A stretch of DNA of 64,000 nucleotides. It comes from Felis catus (lineage: Eukaryota). The stretch lies in contig NC_058368.1 in NCBI RefSeq assembly GCF_018350175.1, forward strand, positions 50,903,815-50,967,814, in the 5' to 3' direction. How positions within the stretch are numbered: position 1 is the first letter of the stretch; each line of letters begins with the position of its first letter. The position numbers and the translations under genes are program-made. Shown one piece after another: positions 13,591 through 26,458 of the stretch. Under the pieces are notes generated by a model that worked only from the letters and a program-made list of their open reading frames with translations, had not been told where the DNA came from and made no database searches.

Positions 13591-13939
13591 ATGAAATACA
13601 TATATTATATATGTATGTATATATATATGTGCATATAAATCACTGGAATTTCAATTTGAATGTCTTTGTAAGTGAAAGTGATTCTTTTTTCGTATGTTCA
13701 ACTCTTGTTTTACAAAGCTAGCTTTTCTTTGAAAATTAGTTCTTTGTGAGCAGAAAGAGGGGAAAAGGAAGGAAGGAAGAAAGGAGGCAAGAAGGAAAGA
13801 AGGAAGACAGGGATAAGGAACACTGAAACAGAGACAGGATTTCTCATTTTCACATGTTTAATTCATTTTATTTATTTTATTCCTAAATTTGCTTTAAAAT
13901 TTTGTCTGGTTTTTAAAACTTTTACTTTTAGTCTTTGTA

Positions 13940-14160
13940 GTTTTTAATTTTTGTTTAATGTTTATTTATTTGACAGAGAGAGAGCTCAAGCAGCGTAGGG
14001 GCAGAGGCGGGGTGGGGGTCGGGGGGGGGGGGTACAGAGGATCCAAAATGGGCTCTGTGCTGACAGCAGAGAGACTGACGCGGGGCTCAAACTCACAAAC
14101 CTGAGATCGTGACCTGAGCCAAAGTCAGACACTTAAAGGACTGAGCCACCCAGGTGCCCC
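13940..14160 (-). mobile_element. Can-SINE with internal G-run
   Basis: Reverse head caccc aggtgcccc, body and T tail. Confidence 0.92.
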
Positions 14161-14358
14161 CTTTTTTCTTTAAAATTTTTAATGTTTATTTAAATGACCA
14201 TTCTTAGCCTTTTATCTGCCCCCCCCCCCCCGAATTCCATTTGCATTTCCTCTTCGTTTATACAAACTTAATCCCTTGACTGTGTTTCTGAGGAAGCCTG
14301 TTCTCACTTCAGGGGAAAAAGCCAGCAAATATAAGAGGTGGGGAAATGACCCTGCTGC

Positions 14359-14925
14359 CTGTATTATCTGCTGCTGCATAATAATCTCCCCAAAATGTAG
14401 CGGCTCAAACAACAATAGATATTTCTTACCTCTCCTGATTTCTGTGGGTCAGGAATTCATACAAGATGCCTGAGAGCAGCTTGCCTCTACTGCAATATGT
14501 CTGGGGCCTCAGCTGGAAGATTTACAGGCTGGCACCTGGAATCATCTGAAGGCTTTTTCACTCACAAGTCTGGCATTTGATTTCAGCTGTCAGCTGAGGC
14601 CTGAGCTAGGGCAATTGGCCGGGACACGTACACATGGCCTCACCATGCAGCCTGGGCTTCTGCACACCATGGTGGCTGAGTTCTAAAAGAGAGCAAGCTG
14701 AGAGAGAGAGAGAAAGAGAGCAAGGTAGAATCATACTCCCTAATTATAACCTAGACTGGAAAGTCACGCAGCATCCCTTCTGCCACATTCCCTCGGTCAA
14801 GGCAGATGCAAACACGTGTCTAGTTTTAATGCAGAAAGAATATTGTTCGTGTCACATTCTCTGAAGAGCATATGGAATGGGATATATATTGGTGAACCCA
14901 TATTTAGAAAATATAATTTTCTAGA
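14359..14925 (-). mobile_element. MaLR LTR (MLT1F-like)
   Basis: tgtattatctgctgctgcataataatctccccaaaatgtagcggctcaaacaac...ttctgtgggtcaggaattc. Confidence 0.75.
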
Positions 14926-14999
14926 GTGCCAGATGCATCTGAAACAATCCTTCTAGTTCTTCCTAAATGAAACCTCACACCTACCAAGTTTGGCTACAG

Positions 15000-15002
15000 A
15001 AA

Positions 15003-15049
<47 letters not shown>

Positions 15050-15051
15050 AT
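15000..15051. repeat. (TAAA)n microsatellite
   Basis: Direct reading. Confidence 0.95.
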
Positions 15052-15169
15052 GCAGAAACCAATGAAGGAATGAATGAATTGCCTCACCTAGTTAACTTAG
15101 AATGATTTGCAGCAATACATTTCTCTGCCTTCCATTTGATTCACTGAAGATCGTTTCTCTCAGATATTG

Positions 15170-15710
15170 TCAACCACTCACACATTCTACAAATATCTTA
15201 TAGAGTGCCTGTCATGTCTCAGTCACTGTGCTAGGATCTGGAGAAATAATGATAACATTATAGAATCTCTGCCCTTAATAAGCTACAGTTTTGTGGACAG
15301 TACAGAGAATACATTAGAAATTACAATCAAATGTGTTTTGTATGAGAACAATGGTAAGTACAGGGTTATATGGAAGAACCTGGGAGACACTCATTACCTA
15401 AGCCTAGGAATTGGGAACAACTTCCCAAGGGAAGCAGTATCTGACCTAAAAAGAATGAATAAGAAGGAGTTGGCTGGGAAATATGTATCCAAGATGCAGG
15501 AAGGAGGGGGGCAGAATTATTCAAAAATGAAGGAAGATCATGTTCACAGTTCCAGAGGCAAGAGAAAGTATGTCTCAGTCATAAACGAGTAAATAAATAG
15601 TTTATTATGGCTAGAATGTTTGTTTGGAAAATAGTCATTGAGATAGTTGGAGGCTAAATTGTTAAGAGCTAGAGAAGGAATGTATTTTAAGTCATATTAA
15701 GGAAATTGGG
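15170..15710 (-). mobile_element. L2 relic
   Basis: cattctacaaatatcttatagagtgcctgtcatgtctcagtcactgtgctagg followed by a purine-rich L2-like body. Confidence 0.65.
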
Positions 15711-17177
15711 TGTACCCCTTCAGTCAGATGTTTTAACCCCCAGCTGTTCCACCCAGGGGCAAAGCAGTTGGGGCTACACTCCCTAGTACAAAGGCTCCTT
15801 CAGGCTCTACTCTATCTTCTACTGAATGCTTATAAACCACATAAGTAGATGTGCTAGGTTTACAGGTTTAGTATGCCTAAACCTGTGCCTAGTGTATGCA
15901 TCCTGTTGCAATAAATATTTGTTGAATAAATAAATTTCTTTTACCTTATCTTTGTCTTATGACTTCATACATGGAAACTCCCCTCCCCAATCCCTGACTA
16001 TTCACGTTGGATGAAGACACCAGTAGACAGTCTTGCTGTCAGTCAGCTTCCGCCTTGGATATCGCCTTTTGATTCATGCTCACCTCCATAAACTGATCCT
16101 GAAAAAAGAGACCTGCCCTCCTAGACTTCCCAGCCACTATGCCAAGCCAGGCCAGCAACCAGAGCTACTGCTCCTCGGAAAGTTCTGTCAAGCATTTATA
16201 GGGAATGGAGCCCTTGAAAATCCATGGTCTCCAACATCTTCAAAATTTATCAGAAGCCATGGCAATAGACCTGGGAGTCGGTTATGCCCAGGGAATGACA
16301 AAGCTCACACAAATACACTGGCCTCCCTTGATAGGAAACTAAGTAGTGCTGAACCTCCTGATGTACACGCATGCAAGATGGCTCAACAGAAGGGCTACAA
16401 CCATATCACCGGGCTTATTGCATCAGCCTTGACCTATGAGGCTCATCTAGGGTTTGGTTCATTTATCTGTCCCCTATGTCAACAGTATTATTGAAAACAT
16501 TATGGAAACTCCAATAACAACCACCTGGTTCTCTTTTTTCTGTTTCATTCATCACACTGCCTGGAATTAGAGCATTTTATAACAGCAGGGAATTGCAAGT
16601 TCAGAGTTTCTTTGGACCGCTTCCACAAGTGATTTAATGAGATCATGGAAGCAAGGACTGCCAACATATTGGCTGGTTAGATTTTAATGACCCGAGTTCT
16701 GGCCATGAAAACTGGCAAAGGAAAAAATTTTAAGAAAATATTTATCTATGTTAGGAATATGATAAATCACACTGTGGAAGTTAGGATCCTGATTTTTACC
16801 TGGGAAATTCCTTCCTGGAAGCAATGTAAACCAAGACTACTTGCTTCAAAGTGTGTTAAGTCCTTGGCTCTATATGTCTGGGTCTGGCTATGTTCCTTTC
16901 TCATAAGTGACCTTACCTAACATGCTCAAGTTGGATAAAACATTCACTAATAATGCCCTGTATGATAGAATTTCAACATGTAAAAAACACATAAGGATAT
17001 TATTTTGCAAGATATATAATGCATGTATATCTACTTACAAGTGAGGTCAGATACTGACAATAACTCAGAAACATGACCTGCTCACAAGACTGATTTGTTA
17101 TACTGATAAAATAGGGTGGAAATCTACCCTGTTAAAAGTACAAATGCCAGGATGCCAGAAATACTGCCAATATTTAT

Positions 17178-17198
17178 TTATCTATCTATCTATTTATC

Positions 17199-17232
<34 letters not shown>
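17178..17232. repeat. (TCTA)n microsatellite
   Basis: Direct reading. Confidence 0.9.
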
Positions 17233-18284
17233 TTGCCTTCCATGGACTAAGAGGGGGGCCCAAGAGCATATTTTTGAGCCAAATACAGTGGCCCAAGGTG
17301 CCCTCTGTACACTCAAGGTTCTGATAGAAATCCTGGAATTTCCTAGCACCTAGTCAGTAGGTCAGTGTAAGAAAACACACAGGGCTGGAAACTGCAGCTT
17401 TGGGTTGGTTAGATACTTTCTTCTAAAGGTTTCTCTTCATGTTCTAGTTCTCATTCAACTCTGGTGTTAGTTCATCAAAAATATAAAATATTATTCATCT
17501 GAAAGACAATTCCTTCATAGTAGCTACTTTTCTCATCTTCTCCATTTGTAGATGTCTTAATGGTCCTCTCATTTTTGTTTAATATAAAATGTGTATGTTA
17601 GATCCATACATAGGGAAAAGCCTTCCCTTGATAGCCTCAGTTTTCCAACTGTTAGTGTTTTATAAGGTCACTGTCCCAAATATTTGTCTCCACCTTTAGG
17701 AACTCAACTGGTCTCAGAGAAATAATTGGGTCAGCAAAGTTTATCCTTAGTATCCACCTTGCCTACTATACACACCTTCTCTCCTCCAGAGGAGCGCCAT
17801 TCCAGACATGGGGAAATCAGCCCCCTCACCAAGCTTCTCCCAGCCTCTCAGCCACAACTCGTTTGTCCTTGTTCCTTTCCCCAAATCCCTGACCTGCCTT
17901 CAGGTAACAAGGGAAAGGGGAAAGGGTGGGCAATGGGGTAGGGGGTAGAAAGTGTGCTGAATATGTTGCCCTACTCTTTGGACATACTTGTATTTCATTG
18001 AGGCATTTTAGAGAAAGATTTGTCCCAAAGAAGTAATAACAACAGTGGCAATTTTAGGCATGCCAGCAGTATGTTACTGAGAGCGATGGTCGATGATGGG
18101 GAGAGACATTGTTTGGACAAGAGAACTTTTCTGCACCTTACAAATCCTATTACAGGTCTCAAGAGTAGCCTATCAATTGCAGAGGGTCAGGTAAGACTTC
18201 TCCAGTATTCCCAAGCCTTGCTGGGGCCTCTTCTCCGTGCTCTCATACCATCCTGTGAGTGTTCCGATCAGAGCACATACTATT

Positions 18285-18328
<44 letters not shown>

Positions 18329-18340
18329 TATATATATGTG

Positions 18341-18376
<36 letters not shown>

Positions 18377-18406
18377 TATATACGTATATATATGTGTATA
18401 TATATA
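18285..18406. repeat. Compound (CA)n/(TA)n microsatellite
   Basis: Direct reading. Confidence 0.95.
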
Positions 18407-18574
18407 AAACATATTTCTATGTGTATGTTGGTCTCCCCCAAGGTCAAAGTAACTTGGCCAAGAGTAACAGCCAGTAGATAATGAAGACAGGATTTGAACC
18501 TGGGCCTCTGTGATATCAGAGCCCATGATCTTTTGAATTCTATTTTGCATCTTCTTATCTGAAAATGCATACGC

Positions 18575-18732
18575 AAAAAAGTTGCTAAAAGAGTAGATCT
18601 TAAATGTTCTTACCACACACAAAAAAAATATTATAATTATATTAGGTGATGAATGAATGATCTCACCATCACACTGTGCACCTTATTGTACATAATGTCA
18701 TGTATGTCATGTTTTCAATAGAGTTGAAAAAA
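18575..18732 (+). mobile_element. LINE-1 3' end fragment
   Basis: aaagttgctaaaagagtagatcttaaatgttcttaccacacac...ttttcaatagagttgaaaaaa. Confidence 0.75.
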
Positions 18733-18946
18733 GTTCTAATTTTAAAAATCCCCTATACAGTCTTGATGTGCAGTAGGAAGAATGAATGTGGAAAGATTTC
18801 TAGATGAGAAGTAGCAGGTGGTTCAGGAAAGTGTAGTGAGCTCTACCATTAACTTACATAAGTCACTTTGCTTCCTCTGAGTCTCAGCTTCATTTCTGTC
18901 AAATGAAGAGAGTGATTGGTCCTTTAATCGGAAACCCTAGTGTTGA

Positions 18947-19071
18947 GGGGCACCTGGGTGGCTCAGCTGGTTAAGTGTTCCACTCATGATTTCTGCTCAA
19001 GTCATGATGTCACAGTTCATGAGTTTGAGCCCCACATCCGGCTCTGCACTGATAGTGCGAATCCCGCTTGG

Positions 19072-19106
<35 letters not shown>

Positions 19107-19137
19107 AATAAATAAACTTAAAAAAAAAAAAAGAAAA
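18947..19137 (+). mobile_element. Can-SINE (older subfamily)
   Basis: Head, (CT)n, tail; TSD gaaaccctagtgt. Confidence 0.95.
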
Positions 19138-20015
19138 GAAACCCTAGTGTGAATAATTTGCTGCTAGCCCTATAACTTTAAATCCAGCACACATATTTTT
19201 TTTCCTCACAAGGAACATGTTTCTTTAGAAGAGTCCAATTGTGGAACTATAGAAAGAGAGAAATATTCTACTTGCTCAGCATATCAGTTTTTACAAAAAT
19301 AAGAGACTCAGAAAACACTAAAGCTTAATAAAGTATTTTAAATACCTAAAGTGAAAATAATATGTATATGCTAAAACCCTGAAAGCCAAGAATGAACTTC
19401 TTCTGATAAGTGACAGCCCCAGAAAAGGGTGATAGATTACACCTTTGCCTGTTTGGATTTCCATTTATATTCTATTCAGTGCTGTAAGATTTAGGACATC
19501 ATGAAAATGTTGCAGCTCTTAGGAAAGAAAAAAAGAAAAGGAATAATAAAGTTAATCCTTGGATTAAATGAAAAAAAATTAAAGGAAAATGAAAAATCTC
19601 AGAATATAATGAAAACAGATACCTTCTAAGATATCTTCTTCCTAAGGGTAAGTGGGTAAATGCAAGCTTAATAAGAAGAAAGATAAATTTATAGTAGATT
19701 TACCACATTGCTGCAGCATACAACTAAACACCAGGGCTTCACGCTATAGATTTAAATACATAATTGTTTCATAGTCCTGCTAAGTCAATTCAAACCTATA
19801 ATTGTTTAAGTTCCTATTGTAAGCAAAGTTTTGCACTTTCAAATACATTCAGAAAAAAATTGCTACACTCAGCTGTGGCTTGAAAACAATCAAAAGACAT
19901 TCAATAGCATTTCTCAAGTTATAAGAAAATATTCAAGTATGGTTTATTCTAATTTAGACCAGCATCCAATTAAACCTAAATCTTGCACAGTTCTTCATTT
20001 AAACATGAAAACTTA

Positions 20016-20103
20016 CTTTTTTAAAATGCTTATTTATTTTGAGAGAGAGGGGGAGGAGAGAGAGATAAAGAAAGAAAGTGCAAGCTGGGAAAGGGCAAAG
20101 AGA

Positions 20104-20159
<56 letters not shown>

Positions 20160-20286
20160 CCCAAGCAGGCTCCGCAATGTCAGCACAGAACCCAACCTGG
20201 AGCTCTGACCTCAGGAACCATGAGATCATGACCTGGGCAGAAATCAAGAGTCAGATGCTTACCTGACTGAGTCACTCAGGCACCCC
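20016..20286 (-). mobile_element. Can-SINE with long (GA)n
   Basis: TSD aaaacttactttt on both sides. Confidence 0.95.
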
Positions 20287-22439
20287 AAAACTTACTTTTA
20301 TTAAAAACTTTAAAAAATATTCTTTTGCATTTTCTTCAATATTCTCAGCTAGATGTGTTATCTGTAGTGAATTTATTATTCAATATAGCAATACCAAGTG
20401 GTCCTAGAGGCTTAATGAGGATTTGACTATGAGTTCAGGGGGAAAAAGGGAAAAATTGCTATGAAGATATCTCCATTCTGGACACCTAGCTCTCTATTTG
20501 TCTCCATATGCTACCTTTTAGCTAAAATTTCATCTTCTCCCTAACAGAGACCAGGCTGAAATAACAGGGCTTATCCACATCGACTGGACAGAGGTGTGTT
20601 GCAATTTTACTTTGGCCCCATTTTCCCAGACCATATCCACTGTAAATGAAGAAGTTAGACAGATTATGTCCAGAGATGAGTCTATAGATAAACAGGCAGG
20701 CTACATCCAAATGGTTCCAGATGGGTTACTGTGCCATGAAGTAAAGTTTTTAAGATAATTTTAAAGGAAGAGAGGCTATAAAAAGGAAAGAGGAGTGGAT
20801 TTTTTGCAGCTGATGTTTGAGAAAGGAGAGTTAATGTAGTCAAATATGATATGTGTTTGATAAGGCACCATCTTGCCAAAGTGACAAGTTACTTTAGAAG
20901 GTAATCCCCTCTGAATTAGACTAGAAAAACATGTGACCAGCTGTTATCACTTAAAAATTTTTGGTTTTAAAAAATATAAGGAGAGAAACACTGATAGCCC
21001 AGTGACCTTCCATTCTCCCCTAGCTTCTCTATTTCTGCATATATTTATCTTTTTTGCTATGATCCCCAACTGCTATACAAGGAAGTGAAGCCTCCTTTGT
21101 TCTGTTGAGTACTTTTATGAGTTTAGGGTATGCCAGTTTTTTTTGGAGGGGGTGAGATGTTGGGGGAAAGGGATGAGAATAGCTTTGTAAAACACAGGAA
21201 AATGATTTTACACTTTGTGGTTGACGTGGGAAGAAGAGAGGCAGAAAAATAGAAAAATAGAGGACTATATGAGTGAAAGCCCCAACAATTAACAGAAATC
21301 ATGAGGCAACTTTTAGACTCTCAAATCCATAATTTTAGCAAATTCTTAGAAAATAATATTTGGTTATGAGGTGCATGAGAAGCTTTATTCACATCTAGAT
21401 TACACAGCAATATATGCAATGGAGCATAGAGGAGTCTGAATATAGAGATTGAAATCACCAGCACTGAACAAGGTCGGTTGGAATTCATCATGGCAAAAGG
21501 TCATTGAGACTTTGGTCTTGAAGACATCTCTGAAGTCATTTAGTTCATTCCCCCAGTTGCAGCTGGACCCATTCAAACCACTACAATCAAACAACATTCC
21601 TTCAACACACTTCCTTGCATCTGAAGAGTCCACTGCCTCCCCCAACAATATCTCCCATTTTTCACGTTTCCGGAAATATTTACCAAAGATCTACACAACT
21701 GAATGGCTCCCTGGAGCTTAGAGATTTACCTACCACTTAACATCAGTAGAATTTGTCAGATTTAATGAATTAATCCATTTTCCTAAGAAATATTTTAATA
21801 ATGTAGCTGGAAGATTAATAATAGAAGGTATTGCTAAAACTATAGCTAATACGTTTCCCAGAAGGAACCGGCAATTACCTCAAGACTTTCAAATACCTCT
21901 TTACCTAAGGTATGATTTCAAATTTGGTTTCTCCTAGAGTGAAGAAATACTCTATGAAAATGTACTGGCAGAGAAGTAACTTGTCAGAGTTGTTTACAGT
22001 TAATTGGAATAGAATCACTGTCAATTGAAATGGTCTGCCATGCCCTACTAGGCCAAAACAGCCAAGAGGCTAACATGAGCAATTCAGCACATCATTAAAA
22101 TTTAGTGACACTCAGGGTTGGGAAGTGGCCTTAACAAATGAGGAGACAAGGCCAAGATGGGTGACCAAAATGTATTTCGAACAACATTATTTCATTTAGC
22201 CATCACGGCTAGTTTGTTCTTTTTTAATCTTTAATGTGTATTTTCTCTGGTGAAGTAACCAAAATGAAGGCAGGTTTTAAAAAAGAGAAAAAGGAGCCAA
22301 GTTAATTAATAAACTCAGCACACATGTTGAATAATGCAACATTTACCATAATAGAAATAGCCCACTTTTTTGTTTTAAAAATGATTGGTTCTTTTTAAAT
22401 TAAAACTAGACACATGAGTGCTACCACAAAAGGAGTATA

Positions 22440-22702
22440 GGGGCACCTGGGTAGTTCAGTCAGTTGAGCATCTGACTCTTGACGTCAGCTTGGGTCATGA
22501 TCCTAGGGTCATAGGATAGAGCCCTGCATTGGACTGAGCATGGGGCCTGCTTAAGATTCTCTCCCTCTGTCCCTCCCTCCAACTTGCTCTCTCTAAAATA
22601 AAAAAATAAATAAATAAAATAAAATAAAATAAAATAAAATAAAATAAAATAAAATAAAATATAAAATAAAATAAAATAAAATAAAATAAAATAAAATAAA
22701 AA
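22440..22702 (+). mobile_element. Can-SINE with (TAAAA)n-expanded tail
   Basis: Head ggggcacctgggtagttcagtcag; about 100 bp of TAAAA repeats. Confidence 0.93.
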
Positions 22703-25059
22703 ACAGTAGACAATTATGAGGCCATAAATTTTTCTTTCATTCACCAAAATGAAAGAGATAACAAAGTTTGGTTTTTGTGTACACATAACATTCATAAAAA
22801 TATAAATAATACTACATTTAAATAATGATCTATTTTAATCATAGCTGAAAAGAAACATTTTTATTCTCTTTTTTTTTTTACACATTACTGGGAAATGTGT
22901 GAAATACATAATCAGAATACTCTGATTAATTTTATGTCAGTACTTGTCTTCCTACATATTTGTGCAGACAATGCACCCCATAATAAAGACATTGATTGCC
23001 TAAAAAGCCCTTCCAGCAACTGTTGTGGAGATGAACTTGTTAATTTTGGTTGTAATCAAAGCATTGATAAAATCCAAAACAAATTTGGAATGAAAAGGAG
23101 TTCAAGGTGAAAATAGAAAAACAAAAACAAACAAACAAACCTACTTTTCCAATGTATTCAAACAGGTAAATGTTGGTACAAGGCCACATCTTTATCCATC
23201 TGGGTTTAGTTTCTAGATGTTGGTTCATCTCCCTGGGCCATTCATAAAGGAATCCTCCCAACTAAGTCCACAGACAGAGAAGGACCTACAAGTGTTTCCA
23301 ATGGAGTTAACGGAGCACCAGCCACAAATGGAGGCCATAAGAAAACTCAGTACCATTTAATTTAATTCATTTAGAAAGTTATTCTTAGATTACAATAACA
23401 TAATTTAATAGAAATAAATTTATTTATGATAGAAAGTGCCTGGTCTCAGATGTCTTAAAATATTCAATTATCCTAGATTTTTGTTGATGCTGATGCTGTT
23501 ATCTTATCCTGAACTGTATATATTGGGTTGACCCATTTCCAATTGATTGTGCCCTTCTGTCCTTGAAAAGCCCTATTTGGAAGTTGGTAATTCTGTTTGC
23601 TTCTGAAGAGTGGTTTCTGTTTTTCCTTTTCGCTTGTTTTCATTAGATTGGATTATAACTTTGTTCACATCCGTCCTTGATTTACTTCATAATCTTCAGA
23701 TTTTCTGGTATGTTAGTGGCTTCATGTCTTTAAAATACAGTCTTTTTTGTACGAAATTCTATGAAGCCACAAGAAGTCAAGAGGAAATTAAATACCAAAC
23801 TGTTATTTGTTTTAATTTGGTAGGAGAATGGGTTTCCTTGCATATAAATAAATGCTCTCTAAGACTGACCCAGGCAGAGATTCATTGCTCTGTCCACAAA
23901 TGTATCATTGTCAAGGAAAGATTCAAACTCAAGATTTTTAATCTTGCCTTAGTTCAGCCGATCATTTATAATCAACAAACATTTGAGAGGCAGAGTCAAC
24001 GTGGTGGAGAAGTAGGGGGACCAAAGTTCCCTTCTTCCTCAAACACAGCAGGATTGAGGCCAGAAGACTTTGAATTCCAGAAATCTGGGCTACAGTGTGA
24101 CAGAAACATCTCCAGGGGGCCACGGGGATTATTTTGCAGGCCATAGGTGCATGATTGAGAATTGGGAGAGAGAAAACAGGCAGTATAGGCATGGAGGGGA
24201 GGAATTTCCTTCTGTGCAGAGACAAAGGGAAGAGAAAGAGAGGCAGTGGACGTGTAGGGTTGAATTCAGACAAGAGAAAAACCACAGACCAGGGAACAGA
24301 AAAAAAGGAGAAAGAACCAATTTTTACGTCATTCTAGGGTTGCAGGGCTTTCTCCAGGCTGGGCCCTGCTGCCTTATGCTCACTCCTGGGGAGGAGGGTT
24401 GACAGCCCTGGGCTCTGTAGCCAACTCAGAGGCACAGTTGGAGAGAGCAATCCTCTCCTTTCAGTGCTGTGGGAAGAAGGCATTTGGCCTCTAAGGACAA
24501 AAGACTCTGCAGGCACCTGCCAGCCAGAGGCCCTTTGTTGACTGGCTGGGTGGAGTGGAACTTCCCTGGAACCAGGGAACATGGAGGGAGATTAGGACAT
24601 CAGGGTGGTGTGGGAGACTGTGGAGCAGGACAAACTGGAGTGCTCATGCTCAGGTGGCACTGTGAGGATGATCTAAACAGAGTGGTTTGGGACATTCTGT
24701 GGGGGAGGTAGACTGGGGTGTCGCCATTTTTCTCCCCATCACCACAAGGTGGGACTTCAGGGACCAGAGAGTGGGCCTATAGTGGAGGTGGGACCCGCCT
24801 ACACCAAACCACGTCCCTCTGTGCCTGTAACTGTGTATCTACAGGAGCAAGATTGACACTGACCAGATGAGACAGGCTCTCTTCCAGACCAGCACAGCCA
24901 ATGGTTCCAAGGCACCACCAGATATCAGTCCAGCAGTTTTGCATTTTCTGATTTGATTCTTGGTCAATTCTTATTATATATATGTATTTTTTTTCTTCTT
25001 CCTTTTCTTCTGCTTATTCCTCCCCTACTCTATTCTGGTTGTTGGTTTGTTTATTTCTT

Positions 25060-25175
25060 AAAAAATTTTTTAACATTTATTAATGAGAGACACAGAGAGA
25101 CAGAGCATGAGCATGGGAGGGGCAGAGAGAGGAGAAGACGCAGAATCTGAAGAAGGCTCCAGGCTCTGAGCTGTT
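25060..25175 (-). mobile_element. 5'-truncated Can-SINE inside the L1 5' UTR
   Basis: ttttaacatttatt...agcatgagcatgggaggggcagaga...gctccaggctctgagctgt; head missing. Confidence 0.85.
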
Positions 25176-25575
25176 CTGTATCTCCTTCTTCTTTATTTTC
25201 CTCTCTCTCCCTCTCTGGATTAAGCTGTATAGTTTCTCTGATTCTCTGCTTGGTCAATTTTTTGTCTTTTCTTTTTCCCTACCCCTGTCATTTCTCTCTT
25301 TGTATATGGTAAGTCTTCTTCCACCACCCCACCACCCTTTTTAAATTTTTTTCAGGGCTACTTCAACAGACAAATCAAAGCACACCTGGTGGAAGGCCCA
25401 AACCACCACTACGAGTAGAGAGATGAAGCAACCAAAGTCACAAAAACAGAGAGCACACGACACACTCCAAAAACACCTCCAAAGGGCCAGGCCCTGGACA
25501 GTGTATAATAGTGCTAGCAGGTGCAGGACACATAATAAGCTATTAAAATACCTAAGGGACAGAAAACTGGCCAAA

Positions 25576-26458
25576 ATGATGAAACAGAAGAATTCTCCTC
25601 AAAAGAAATTCCAGGAAGAAATGAGAGCTAGAGAATTGCTCACAACAAATGTAAATAATACATCTGAGAAAGAATTTAGAATAATAGTCATAAGATTAAT
25701 AGCTGCACTTGAAAAAAGCATAGAAGACAGCAGAGAATCTATTGCTGTAGAGATCAAGGAACTAAGAAATGGTCGCAACAAATTAAGAAATGTTGTAAAT
25801 GAGGTGCAAGATAAACTAGATGCAGTGACATCAGGGATGGAGGAAGCAGAAGGGAGAATAAGTGAAATAGAAGATAAAATTATGGAAAACGATGAAGCCA
25901 AGAAAAGGAGAGATAAGAAAATACTCGATCACAAGGGGAGAATTAGAGAACTAAGTGATTCAATGAAACATAATAATATCCATATCATAGTAGTTACAGA
26001 AGAAGAGAAAGGGGCAGAAGGTTTACTTGAAAAAATTATAGCTGAGAACTTCCCTAATTTGGGGAAAGGGGCAGACATCCAAATCCAGGAGGCACAGAAA
26101 ACTCACTTCAGATGTAACAAGAATGGGTCTTCTCCACAGCATATCACAGTGAAACTGGCAAAATACACAGATAAAGAGAATTCTGAAAGCAGCTAGGGAC
26201 AAACAGGCCTTAACCTACAAGGATAGACACATAAGGGTAGCAGCAGACCTGTACACTGAAACATGGCAGGCCAGAAAGGAGTGGCAGGAAATATTCAATG
26301 TGCTGAATAGAAAAAATATGCAGCCAAGAATCCTTTATCCAGCAAAGCTGTCATTCAGAATAGAAGGAGAGATAAAGGCTTTCCCAGATAAACAAAAACT
26401 GAAGGAGTTCATGACCACTAAACAAGCCCTGCAAGAGATCCTAAAGGTGACTCTGTAA
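25576..26458 (+). pseudogene. L1 ORF1p (RNA-binding/chaperone protein) with one frameshift near 26177
   Basis: MMKQKNSPQKK...EAEGRISEIEDK...IIAENFPNLGK...IQIQEAQ, then in a shifted frame RILKAARDK...WQARKEWQEIFNVL...QPRILYPAKLSFRIEGEIKAFPDKQKLKEF...LQEILKVTL*. Confidence 0.93.

Noticed and set aside
15167..15592. 141-aa ORF
   Set aside because: It lies within an L2 relic, has a non-ATG start and shows no domain similarity
16033..16494. 153-aa plus-strand ORF
   Set aside because: Non-ATG start and no recognisable homology
21400..21721. Overlapping 82-aa and 90-aa ORFs in unique sequence
   Set aside because: No recognised protein and no clear flanking splice sites; cannot be excluded without a database search
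23610..24711. Cluster of ORFs up to 178 aa
   Set aside because: They run into or lie within the L1 5' UTR and are chance frames
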